Assembly (NCBI RefSeq): GCF_018977255.1
Contig: NW_024704742.1
Span: 109,184,001-109,248,000 of the forward strand
Origin: Callorhinchus milii
Taxonomy: Eukaryota
Length of the DNA: 64,000 nt
Reading direction: 5' to 3'
The notes under the pieces: generated by a model
Told to the model about the DNA's origin: nothing
The model's input: only the letters and a program-made list of their open reading frames with translations
Database searches by the model: none
Position numbers and translations under genes: made by a program
Part shown: positions 39,601 to 46,180 of the stretch, in pieces
Numbering within the stretch: position 1 is the first letter of the stretch
How the letters are laid out: each line of letters opens with the position of its first letter

Positions 39601-40855
39601 TCAAATCCCTCCATGGCCTCATTCCACTCTACATCTGCGACCTCCTGCAACCCTACTAGATCAGCCGCGCTGTCAATTCACCTAACACCAACTTATTACA
39701 CATCTAATGAACGACCTACCCCACCATTGTCAGGCAAGCTCTCAGCCATTCTGCCCCCACTCTCGGGAACACTCTCCATCCTAGAGTCCCTCCATTCACC
39801 CCTTCCATTTCTACCTTTAAAGCCTCCTTTAAGACCTATCCTTTCAACCATACTCTTCTTGCAAATTTTTCCCACTGTGCACCAGCTCAGCTGCTCAATC
39901 AACTGTATAAAGAACTTTGAGACGTTCTCCTGAGGTGTATAAAGGCACATATGTTGTGCTTGCAGCAAGGTTTTTTTCCAACTCCTCTGAAAGCTGTGCA
40001 GCAGGTAAAACCCAGGGCCTTCTTGCACATTGCTGTTCATCAGATGGGATAGCTAGGTAGCTGATCTGTACCATGATAAAAACAACATAATTGTTGCAAT
40101 TAACCTCAGTGCCTTTGAATTATTATGAAGTTAAAAAATATTCCAGATTTCTTGTTCCCATTTGCTATCTGGTAACACTTGTGTGGTTAGTTTGGGCAGA
40201 ATCAGGCTGGACTGATGTTTTCTCCCAGTTCACAGCCTGTTGACACTCGTGTGTTCAAGAATTGAGTTTTCAATTGAGTGAAACATTCAATAGCTGTTGG
40301 TGCCTCCAGAAACATGCATTAGCATCAGTCTTTTCAGGAGAAGCGGGGAGGGGAAGAATCTGGAGGTCTGGATAGTACAAGTATTGGAACTACCATATTG
40401 TCTTTCTGTAACATTTACTCACATTTCAAGTTAGCAATCTCTGGTGAAGAACTGAACAGAGCCCAGAAAATTATCACTCCAGGTGTTTTTTGGACTTGCT
40501 CAGCCTGTCACCCAGAAAAACAACAAGATTACATTTGTATAGCGCCTTTCACGTCGTGAGGACGGCCCAAGGTGCTGGACAGTGTACAGCATTTCAGACC
40601 TGAGCTGGGGTCAGGGAGGGGGAGGGGAAGGGGGGTGATTAATGGCATGGTCGAAGAGGAGGGTTTTGAGGCGGGACATCTGGTTCAAAATCTGAGAAGT
40701 TACTGGAGATATAAATTGGCTTCATATGAACTCCTAAATTATATATTTTTAAATTAAATCTCATCCACTTGCAGGTTTTACTTCAAGATGCCAAATTGAA
40801 GGGAGATTGCCGAATAGAAGAGCTGTATAAGAAGCTTCAGATGGAATCATCCTAG
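493..40855 (+). CDS. SKIC3: SKI3 subunit of superkiller complex (TTC37/thespin), 5'-partial spliced gene, 36 coding exons in window
   Basis: Manually spliced GT-AG exons with consistent phases total 4301 nt (4302 once a 1-nt gap at ~14366 is restored). Peptides such as [53 protein letters not shown] and [17 protein letters not shown] match recalled vertebrate TTC37. FAM81B lies next to it, as in human. Confidence 0.97.
1206..2003 (-). mobile_element. CR1 LINE 3' fragment
   Basis: ORF 1489-1827 contains CR1 ORF2 C-terminal motifs ([23 protein letters not shown]); (TTCTTATG)n-type tail near 1206-1230. Confidence 0.9.
2030..2148 (+). mobile_element. tRNA-Ala SINE family, 3' fragment
   Basis: Shares cagtcaattcactttacagtatattctg...gcgctatatcaaatg with the full copies. 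Confidence 0.8.
2480..2578 (+). CDS. SKIC3: SKIC3 exon (LRTTFENAL...FLAK)
   Basis: tag|TTA ... AAA|gtaaga, 99 nt. Confidence 0.9.
2816..2924 (+). CDS. SKIC3: SKIC3 exon (LPREEDKL...FIHT)
   Basis: tag|CTG ... ACAG|gtagtt, 109 nt. Confidence 0.9.
3787..3927 (+). CDS. SKIC3: SKIC3 exon (CISEEAVEC...[15 protein letters not shown])
   Basis: cag|AC ... GAAG|gtattt, 141 nt. Confidence 0.92.
4292..4442 (-). mobile_element. tRNA-Ala SINE family, 3' fragment
   Basis: Reverse complement of the family 3' half with (TTA)n tail. Confidence 0.85.
4733..4888 (+). mobile_element. SINE 3' fragment (diverged)
   Basis: gactgtttgtgg...ctgtgaagtgcttt...gattattatta. Confidence 0.75.
5150..5251 (+). CDS. SKIC3: SKIC3 exon (LKEAHS...[13 protein letters not shown])
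   Basis: cag|GG ... CATG|gtaaga, 102 nt. Confidence 0.92.
5445..6215 (-). mobile_element. CR1 LINE fragment interrupted by a SINE (5709-5903, + strand)
   Basis: The CR1 3' region (related to 23400-23900) resumes in register after a 5'-truncated SINE. Confidence 0.85.
6470..6850 (+). mobile_element. L2 LINE 3' fragment
   Basis: C-rich L2 ORF2 end and the tail ...tgaaaggcattatataaatgcaagttg. Confidence 0.75.
6916..7052 (+). CDS. SKIC3: SKIC3 exon (LKLLAS...GVLEQ)
   Basis: cag|GT ... CAG|gtacca, 137 nt. Confidence 0.88.
7456..7539 (+). CDS. SKIC3: SKIC3 exon (ILDTSEP...AYLNKG...ALE)
   Basis: cag|ATT ... GAG|gtgagt, 84 nt. Confidence 0.9.
7913..8016 (+). CDS. SKIC3: SKIC3 exon ([14 protein letters not shown]...YLQAEQ)
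   Basis: tag|ATT ... AG|gtaaga, 104 nt. Confidence 0.9.
8616..8742 (+). CDS. SKIC3: SKIC3 exon (FQKAV...[14 protein letters not shown]...LLK)
   Basis: cag|T ... AAG|gtttgt, 127 nt. Confidence 0.94.
8822..9345 (-). mobile_element. L2 LINE 3' fragment
   Basis: ORFs with L2 motifs [14 protein letters not shown] and [15 protein letters not shown]...LKTFLF. Confidence 0.9.
9485..10080 (+). mobile_element. CR1 LINE 3' fragments (two tandem ends)
   Basis: Motif [12 protein letters not shown]; terminal tggcctactcctgctcct..(ttcttatg)2 tail. Confidence 0.85.
10851..11030 (+). CDS. SKIC3: SKIC3 exon (AAKLD...[16 protein letters not shown]...GDM)
   Basis: tag|GCT ... ATG|gtacaa, 180 nt; highly conserved peptide. 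Confidence 0.96.
11691..11815 (+). CDS. SKIC3: SKIC3 exon (DTALVIL...[12 protein letters not shown]...AIA)
   Basis: tag|GAT ... GA|gtaaga, 125 nt. Confidence 0.96.
11964..12163 (+). mobile_element. young L2 LINE 3' end
   Basis: Near-identical to 17160-17333 and 30650-30812; (TTG)n tail. Confidence 0.85.
12398..12790 (-). mobile_element. L2 LINE 3' fragment
   Basis: (CAA)n tail on + strand; related to 44581-44810. Confidence 0.85.
12888..13141 (+). CDS. SKIC3: SKIC3 exon ([11 protein letters not shown]...YVPALK)
   Basis: cag|T ... AAAG|gtaagc, 254 nt; overlaps ORF 12901-13152. Confidence 0.96.
13165..13500 (+). mobile_element. degenerate CR1 3' fragment
   Basis: ttcagtcttgag..agatgactcagag..gacct..gaggtgtataaaat, CR1 C-terminus pattern. 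Confidence 0.7.
13555..13657 (+). CDS. SKIC3: SKIC3 exon (LGECCLMMA...YLDGRAVD)
   Basis: tag|GT ... AG|gtaagt, 103 nt. Confidence 0.94.
14238..14419 (+). CDS. SKIC3: SKIC3 exon with apparent 1-nt deletion ([20 protein letters not shown].../...[13 protein letters not shown])
   Basis: tag|G ... GGAAG|gtaatc. It is 182 nt, but the flanking phases need 183 nt. The entering frame hits TAA at 14386-14388, and the conserved LGGR end lies in the shifted frame. Confidence 0.92.
14873..15017 (+). CDS. SKIC3: SKIC3 exon ([10 protein letters not shown]...[15 protein letters not shown]...SLQ)
   Basis: cag|G ... CAG|gtaagt, 145 nt. Confidence 0.96.
15065..16470 (-). mobile_element. cluster of L2 fragments (15065-15555, 15826-16470) with a CR1 3' fragment (15560-15785)
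   Basis: L2-like [11 protein letters not shown] motif; CR1-like [17 protein letters not shown] motif. Confidence 0.8.
17100..17333 (+). mobile_element. young L2 LINE 3' end
   Basis: Near-identical to 30575-30812. Confidence 0.88.
17337..17678 (-). mobile_element. tRNA-Ala SINE, long (old) form
   Basis: Full head-to-tail reverse complement, including the gttagtcgat segment. Confidence 0.8.
18239..18317 (+). CDS. SKIC3: SKIC3 exon (CLKKCV...YWNALGVVA)
   Basis: cag|TGC ... AAAG|gtatac, 79 nt. Confidence 0.94.
18860..18921 (+). CDS. SKIC3: SKIC3 exon ([20 protein letters not shown])
   Basis: cag|AT ... AAT|gtaagt, 62 nt. Confidence 0.94.
19079..19135 (+). CDS. SKIC3: SKIC3 exon ([19 protein letters not shown])
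   Basis: cag|AAT ... GAG|gtaaat, 57 nt. Confidence 0.94.
19265..19530 (+). mobile_element. two tandem degenerate SINE 3' fragments
   Basis: Two successive cacttta(c)..gtatatcctgt..ctttgag..tat..aaat units. Confidence 0.65.
19651..19719 (+). CDS. SKIC3: SKIC3 exon ([23 protein letters not shown])
   Basis: tag|TTG ... CAG|gtaaat, 69 nt. Confidence 0.95.
20107..20181 (+). CDS. SKIC3: SKIC3 exon ([25 protein letters not shown])
   Basis: cag|GCA ... CAT|gtgagt, 75 nt. Confidence 0.95.
20692..20833 (+). CDS. SKIC3: SKIC3 exon ([18 protein letters not shown]...KFT)
   Basis: tag|ACA ... ACAG|gtatgt, 142 nt. Confidence 0.95.
21166..21259 (+). CDS. SKIC3: SKIC3 exon ([17 protein letters not shown]...AYH)
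   Basis: cag|AG ... AG|gtaagt, 94 nt. Confidence 0.94.
21679..22004 (+). mobile_element. tRNA-Ala SINE, long (old) form
   Basis: A box TAGTTCAGTGG, B box GGTTCGATTCC, CORE-like segment, Deu-like segment, (TTA)n tail. Confidence 0.88.
22385..24060 (+). mobile_element. 5'-truncated CR1 LINE, ORF2 RT region with stops and frameshifts
   Basis: [60 protein letters not shown]; 3' end ...ctgtgctgtatgattcta. A DeuSINE head fragment precedes it (22316-22390). Confidence 0.95.
24110..24280 (-). mobile_element. tRNA-Ala SINE family, 3' half
   Basis: Reverse complement of the family body. Confidence 0.85.
24282..24470 (-). mobile_element. AmnSINE2-like ancient SINE relic
   Basis: Reverse complement gacccctggtggaatatgcatgtgtgt..tgaggacag resembles the recalled AmnSINE2 core and the copy at 51300-51510. 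Confidence 0.55.
24535..24612 (+). CDS. SKIC3: SKIC3 exon ([11 protein letters not shown]...NLGRAF)
   Basis: tag|G ... TG|gtgagt, 78 nt. Confidence 0.92.
25575..25700 (+). mobile_element. SINE 3' fragment
   Basis: aaattggcttccgtgttt..ctttgggacgtcc..gacgtgaaaggcgctatatc. Confidence 0.75.
26162..26286 (+). CDS. SKIC3: SKIC3 exon ([17 protein letters not shown]...ESVK)
   Basis: cag|T ... AAAG|gtaaga, 125 nt. Confidence 0.92.
26617..26740 (+). CDS. SKIC3: SKIC3 exon (YEKALTV...AKTLLFK)
   Basis: cag|CT ... TG|gtaagt, 124 nt. Confidence 0.94.
27590..27754. mobile_element. Tc1/mariner (Tigger/pogo-like) MITE
   Basis: TA target duplications at 27588-89 and 27755-56; TIRs CAGTGAAATTCGGTTAATTGAA and reverse-complemented CAGTGAAATTATGTTAATTGAA (20/22 match). 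Confidence 0.85.
28714..28935 (+). CDS. SKIC3: SKIC3 exon ([19 protein letters not shown]...KAVH)
   Basis: tag|T ... AG|gtaaga, 222 nt; overlaps ORF 28718-28939. Confidence 0.95.
30012..30084 (+). CDS. SKIC3: SKIC3 exon ([24 protein letters not shown])
   Basis: cag|C ... AAC|gtgagt, 73 nt. Confidence 0.94.
30490..30812 (+). mobile_element. young L2 LINE 3' end
   Basis: [25 protein letters not shown] motif; stem-loop tail. Confidence 0.9.
31010..31310 (-). repeat. unclassified ancient repeat (copies at 48478-48890 and 58220-58410)
   Basis: Collinear shared blocks between the copies, seen by eye. Confidence 0.6.
31473..31526 (+). CDS. SKIC3: SKIC3 exon ([18 protein letters not shown])
   Basis: tag|GGT ... 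AAG|gtaaac, 54 nt. Confidence 0.9.
31665..31776 (+). CDS. SKIC3: SKIC3 exon ([12 protein letters not shown]...ALKTAQK...YP)
   Basis: tag|AAG ... CCAG|gtaatg, 112 nt. Confidence 0.92.
31830..32091 (+). mobile_element. tRNA-Ala SINE long form, 5'-truncated
   Basis: ctgtttac..gtagtaagta..gttgttagtcgattgg..gtaataat..3' tail. Confidence 0.85.
32478..32852 (+). mobile_element. DeuSINE (SacSINE1/AmnSINE1-like)
   Basis: tRNA-like head gtcagcctggctcagtggtagcactct.. followed by the Deu domain gagacattaaaccgaggtcccatctgcctgttcaggtggatgttaaa. Confidence 0.85.
32853..33268 (+). mobile_element. young SINE 3' half (32853-33044) plus a further SINE head/tail (33062-33268) nested in the DeuSINE tail
   Basis: The young copy is flanked by a TTTACA duplication (32847-52 / 33045-50). 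Confidence 0.85.
34261..34389 (+). CDS. SKIC3: SKIC3 exon ([13 protein letters not shown]...MTK)
   Basis: cag|AT ... AAAG|gtatgt, 129 nt. Confidence 0.92.
34798..34922 (+). CDS. SKIC3: SKIC3 exon (EADKT...[14 protein letters not shown]...EAICAK)
   Basis: tag|TA ... AAA|gtaatg, 125 nt; tandem NAG acceptors make the exact start ambiguous by 3-9 nt. Confidence 0.88.
35385..35820 (+). mobile_element. degenerate L2 fragment
   Basis: ADDT-like codons and a [16 protein letters not shown] motif; L2 tail. Confidence 0.7.
35894..36052 (+). CDS. SKIC3: SKIC3 exon (VLKKQPDQP...LLRQVQC...AWH)
   Basis: tag|GTC ... CAT|gtaagt, 159 nt. Confidence 0.93.
36929..37330 (+). mobile_element. tRNA-Ala SINE, long (old) form, full length
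   Basis: Head, ~63-nt internal segment, Deu-like body and a duplicated tail end. Confidence 0.9.
37411..37563 (+). CDS. SKIC3: SKIC3 exon (WLAEVY...AAEMCYR...[10 protein letters not shown])
   Basis: tag|TGG ... CCA|gtaaga, 153 nt. Confidence 0.93.
38021..38151 (+). CDS. SKIC3: SKIC3 exon ([15 protein letters not shown]...KLGA)
   Basis: tag|GTT ... AG|gtaaga, 131 nt. Confidence 0.93.
38700..38820 (+). mobile_element. SINE 3' fragment
   Basis: Family 3' end. Confidence 0.8.
38950..39073 (+). CDS. SKIC3: SKIC3 exon ([16 protein letters not shown]...RWYLLRHL...ELIT)
   Basis: cag|G ... ACA|gtaaga, 124 nt. Confidence 0.95.
39440..39960 (+). mobile_element. degenerate L2 3' fragment
   Basis: C-rich L2 ORF2 end pattern with tail. 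Confidence 0.65.
40521..40675 (-). mobile_element. L2 3' end
   Basis: caacaagattacatttgtatagcgcctttcacgtc, as in the other L2 copies. Confidence 0.8.
40775..40855 (+). CDS. SKIC3: SKIC3 last coding exon ([26 protein letters not shown])
   Basis: cag|GTT ... TAG stop at 40853-40855; resembles the recalled human C-terminus VLVNNAKTHGDTRALEL. Confidence 0.9.
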   Translation, partial: VLLQDAKLKGDCRIEELYKKLQMESS

Positions 40856-41012
40856 TAAATGTGCAAAAGCCATGTCTGGATCCTGAAAACCTATGTGAAA
40901 AAGCCCTGTATAAGAACTATAGCTAACTATAGCTAATTATAGTTATGGCTTTTAATATTCTGCTTTCAATTGTCAAATGGCAACGGCTAGGTACATGTTT
41001 GCTTGTACTGTT

Positions 41013-41018
41013 ATTAAA
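41013..41018 (+). terminator. candidate SKIC3 polyadenylation signal (ATTAAA); alternative AATAAA at 41541
   Basis: Hexamer ~160 nt after the stop; motif only. Confidence 0.35.
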
Positions 41019-42504
41019 AAAAAAGTTAGTACTTTGCTGATGTACATTTCATGGTACAGTACTATAACGCTAAGTTAAAGTATTGTCATATCTTTTACAT
41101 CTGAGAAATCTGTCACAGACAAGAAAGCTGCATCGTGATTTTCTAATTCTTGGCTAAGTAAGCTAATTATAGCTTAGCTGCTGATCTGTAATATTTCAGT
41201 ATGAACACAAGAATCATGTTTCGGCATATTTACAGCGAGTCAATGGGATGTCAACTGAATTAAAACTGCGCCCACCTCATGTTTTCGTATTGAAATCTGA
41301 AGTTGTACTGAATTAATTTGTAGCATTTTTTTGATTTGTTCTTTCATTTAGTTTTACAAAGCATTTATAGTACCTTTATAAACACTTCGATAGCAGCAGT
41401 ATATCTGACTGGGGATTTGAAGGACTTTGAATGTGACTTGCTTGATAGGGCTGTCAATGCCACTTTATTAATGCAGTTAGTTGCATCATAGACGAACCTA
41501 AAGGAGAGTAACTGAAAATGGAAGAGCGAAGGGAGTAGGGAATAAAAACTGTACACTACTAAGAAACATTCATTGTTTAAATTAGCAGTATGTGACAATT
41601 GAAGGCTCTCTCCAAATGTTATTGTGGGGTGAAATTTTTAATGTTTCACACCTGATTACTTGTGGTAACTATCCGAGTGAATGCGTTATGAAATGCCGTA
41701 AATGTACTCCTTAATGATTGCCCATATTATTTATCTGCCCATCAGTTCTATCTCTGCCTTGCTCCCAAGGATGCCACATCTGTTGCCAAGTTGAATTCTG
41801 GATCCTGTGGCGTTTACTCAATTCTGCCAGTATTGAGGCAGGTGATTCCATTAAAAATATTGGCGTAAACACTTAATTATTCAGGTTCTTGTTGCATGGC
41901 AATGAAATGCTACTATTATGCCCCAAAAAACTAAGTCAGACCAGGCATTCCCCTAGAGATAGCCATTATACTGAGGCTAGCAGGAGGAGGAAGAGTTCAG
42001 CTATTAAGAGAGACTTGAGCATTATGCACAAGCATTATGCTTGACCTGATAGAGGTCTCCATGATATGAAGGGTGAATAATGGATTAATTCCAGTGATCA
42101 ACAAACCAGGCCACAAATTTAAGAAAAACACAAACCACTGAAAAGGTAGTTTAAAAAAACTTGCAATATAATTTACATTTATACAGGGCCTTTCACAACA
42201 GGAGAATGTCTCAAATGGCTTTATACTGCTGTCTGTATTTGTAGGCAATCTCAGCCACCTTTCCACACGGGATGGTTGGAATGCGGCAATCTCTGCCTCT
42301 GTGGAACTAAGCGTTCATAAAGTCTTTAAAAAAAGAGCTGGATGCTTCAGAGGTAGAATATTGAAGGGTATGGGAAGCAAGTAGGATGGTGAGATTAGAT
42401 TGAGTGGACAAGATTTACTACTTTCAGTGAATAACAAGAGTGGTCTTTCAGAGAAAATACCATCAGAAGATGAGAAAGGAGAAAATTGGTAAGAATATAT
42501 ACTT

Positions 42505-42655
42505 TTGGTCAACTGGGTGCCTGACACATGCGGAAACTATGCTTAACCAGACTTAATCCAAACTGTAGTTCAATGCATCCCACCAACACAGGAAATTTAT
42601 TGGAATGGAATGCACACTCTCCCTGGAGGGATGCATCATGCTTATTTAATTTTTT
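42505..42655 (+). repeat. unclassified repeat (copies 46440-46525 minus strand, 59670-59835 plus strand)
   Basis: Shared ggaatggaa..cac.ctctc...gagggac.c..tgcttattt block. Confidence 0.65.
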
Positions 42656-42931
42656 TTATTGTGCCACTCAATGAACACTCACTCCACTGATAGGATACAT
42701 GATCTTTTTGTTTGTGATACTATTCTAGCAATACAGGGTCAGCAGAGGTCCCACGTGTGATAATCCTTGTATTTGATACAGCATCTATATTTCCAGTGTC
42801 TCAAAGCACTTACCAAATAATTATTATTAAGTATATTGGCTATTTGTAAACTATTGTAGAGACAATTGTGAGCACAGAAAGGTCCTACATATGTGTATTG
42901 AATGACCAATTTATGAATAGTCATGGATATT

Positions 42932-43125
42932 TAATAATCCCTCCAAAACAATAATACTTTGGTCATTTTCAATCCAAGACTGTTTGTGGGACACTCCTAT
43001 GTGCAATTGGTTGCCGAGTTTCACCCACAAATATACGGTCAATTCACTTTACAGCATATTCTGTGAAGCGCTTTGAGATGTCTAGAAGATGTGAAAAGTG
43101 CTATATCAAATGCAAGGATTATTAT
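42932..43125 (+). mobile_element. tRNA-Ala SINE family, 3' half
   Basis: aataatccctcc... family body and tail. Confidence 0.85.
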
Positions 43126-44580
43126 ATATTTATTGTATACCTAAAGAACAAGCAGATTATAGATCAGCCTATATTAAAAAAAAGGCTGTTCTCACAGAGC
43201 TTCAAGTCCAATCAGTGCTGATTGAAGACAAAAAAAACTCCCACCAGCAAGGAACACTACAAACATTTTACCAATGGACAAGACCTCAACTCTGAACCAT
43301 CACCTTGATGGTGTGGGCTCACAAATCAGTGTACGTAATTGGGGCTCCCTGGTGGAAAGGAAAGGAACTTTATTGGTAAGATTTTTAATAAATGTAAAGA
43401 CATAGGAATTTATATCATGTGAATGCAGACAAATATTGCAGCAGATTTTTGCTAAAAGATGTTACCTTGACAGAAAATGATTAAGCTGTCTTCTGGTATA
43501 TGATAAGCTAACGGTTTCCTGAATACTTTCACGGAACAATAAATTTTAGTGCATTGGGTCATTAATATAGCATTTCACAACCAAAGTAAATATTGGGATT
43601 AAATGTATTTTGAAGACAGTTTAATAGCTAACAAATTCAAAGATATTTGAAGAAACATCAATGGAGCTCATGGATTTACATAAATCACTCCCTCATCTAG
43701 TTCAATGTCTGTCTTATGGTGCAGCTTTTTGACCAAACTTTCAATCAATTTTCCCCCTTCAGCTTCCACCCTCAGTTCAGATGCCCATCCAGCCGTACCA
43801 AGCCTTTAGAACGACTTCCTGATGTGAAAGGCACTGTTTGTATGTGAGTTTGTATTGTAAACTATTGTCAGAGAAAATTGTGCAATTAACCAGGGTATTC
43901 AAGTGGAGAAGTGCAACAATTTTCCAAAAAGCAACAATTCTTATTACCAATTCGCAAAACAAATAAAAATTAACAGACATAGCAGCTGTATTGAAAAGTA
44001 AACACAATTGTTGCTTGCGATAAATGTTTTATTGTGTCAATTATTTACTAAGAAAATGACAAAAGACAATTAAAAAAAACATTAGCTCGATTAAGTAAGC
44101 ACAATCATATTTTCTTCAAATGTAAAACTGTTTCAAAATGTTCATTGACTTATGGGAATATGTAGGATTGGTTGCAACTTTCAAGAGCAAATTCATTGCA
44201 AAAAAAAAACCAAGATGTGCGAGAAATCAGTATGCAAATAACCAAATTAAATAAATGATTTACATTATAAAAATTCATACGTGAAAATGGGAAGTCCAAT
44301 TTATGATATGTAATAAGTGGATTCATATGTACTTTATCAAAATATGAATAGATTGATGGAACTTGCCTGCCTTGGCTTGAAGTTTTATGTGTGCAAGTTT
44401 CAATAAATAAAGTAGATAGAATGCCTGGCCACGTTGCCAAATCCCTTTGGTTGAGCTCAAATTTCCATATTATACTGAAGCTTTATAGTGTTCTGGTCAG
44501 GCAATTCTTACTGAATACTGCCTATAGTTCCAATCTGGTTCCATACTAAACCTGCCCTTCACAACCCTGACCCTGTGATC

Positions 44581-44810
44581 ACAACAAAATTACATTTGTA
44601 TAGTGCCTTTCACGTCGGGAGGATGTCCCAAGGCGCTGGATAATCAGTGTTTCAGACCCAAGCTGGGGTCGGGATCAGTGAGGGTGATCAAAGACACAAT
44701 TGAAGAGGAGGGTCTTGAGACAGGTCTTGAAGGAGGTAAGGGAGGGGGCGAGGCTGAGGGACTGCGGGATGGTGTTCCAGAGGGTGGGAACAGAGTGGCT
44801 GAAGACCCTA
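44581..44810 (-). mobile_element. L2 3' end
   Basis: Similar to 12398-12640. Confidence 0.85.
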
Positions 44811-45234
44811 GAAGCCATCTAGAGAGTGACAAGACTTATCCCAGTGTTAGAAGGATGTTTTATAAGAAACAATTCCAGTAGCTGGAAAAGTAGAACTTTA
44901 TAGAGGTACTGTATATAAGATATTTTGCATAATAAAGAAGGTAAACCAAAAACTATACTATTAGATATGCTAAAGCAACAGACCAAGAGATCACAGGGTC
45001 AGAGGTGTGAAGGGCAAGATTAGGATAGACACCAAATTGGATATAATGTGTATTTCTCACAGGAAGTTATTCAGCTGGAATGAGATTTCATGAAAAAAGG
45101 GCAAAGTGGAATGAAGCAGCACTTAGAGAAATCCAGTACTCATATGTGTTCTGGTAATGTCAATCTCATCTGTCAAATATCAAACTTACTGATAAAATAC
45201 CAGTTACAGAAAAATTGTTGATTGTGTTCTGCCC

Positions 45235-45567
45235 AATAATCCCCCAAATAAAATTAGTCATTTCATGCCTGTTTGTGGGACATTGCTGTGCATAAACTGG
45301 TCACGTTTTGCCTACAAAATACAGTCAAGAACAAAAATACAATTACATTTGTATAGCACCTTTCAAGTTGGAAGGATGTCCCAAGGCGCTGGACAATCAA
45401 TGTTTTGGACCCGAGCTGGGGGTCAAGATTGGGGAGGGTGGAGGATGGGGAAGGAGGGAATCGAAGGCATGGTCGAAGAGGAGAATCAAACCACTTTACA
45501 GTATATTCTGTGAATCGCTTTGAGACATCTTGACGTGACCCTATATCAAATGCAAGGATTATTATTA
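45235..45567 (+). mobile_element. SINE 3' half interrupted by an antisense L2 end (~45335-45485)
   Basis: The SINE resumes (..tcaa-ccactttacagtatattctgtg) after the L2 segment. Confidence 0.75.
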
Positions 45568-46043
45568 ATAGTTGTGATTTAATGCAGCAATTACTATTTC
45601 TGCATTAAATCACAACTAGTAATAATAGTTGCAAAGGTGCATTTTAAAACATATTCTGGGTAAAGAGTAAATTTGTTCAGTTAGGTACTGAAAGAAAAAT
45701 TTGCATGTTCAATCCTATATCAATAAACTGAAAATCTTTTTCTCACTTAATGTGGGTTTTACCCTCCACAGCATCAAACAACACAATTCTTATCTTCAAA
45801 CATCTCAAAAATGCTGCACATTAACAGATCATCACACAAGTACAAAAATTACAATGAAATTTCATGAAAGCAATATATCAATTGTAGTCAACTGTTTGAA
45901 TGTAAAGCAGTAATCTTAATTTTAAAGCGATAACTCGGGTTCAGATGATAAACATAAACTACTAAAGCTGCGTTCTTCTTTATGATATCTGAATCTCAAA
46001 GGGATTAAATTTCCAGATATCTTTTTCCTCGTTATTACAAACT

Positions 46044-46180
46044 TTATAAATAGTTTTTAAGGGCAATTATCTGTCGTCTTAGTTCTTTTAGTTCTTTCTG
46101 GACATTTTCCTTGTCCATTCTTATCTTCTTATCACTTATTTCATTCAGTGAACTGATGGAATCCTTAATAGACTGAAATC
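46044..46180 (-). CDS. FAM81B: FAM81B last coding exon (GFQSIKDSISSL...ALKNYL*)
   Basis: cag|GA; TAA at 46046-46044. Confidence 0.92.

Noticed and set aside
493..40855. SKIC3 as a pseudogene
   Set aside because: Only one lesion across 36 exons, located at a homopolymer; all splice sites are canonical and the protein is well conserved
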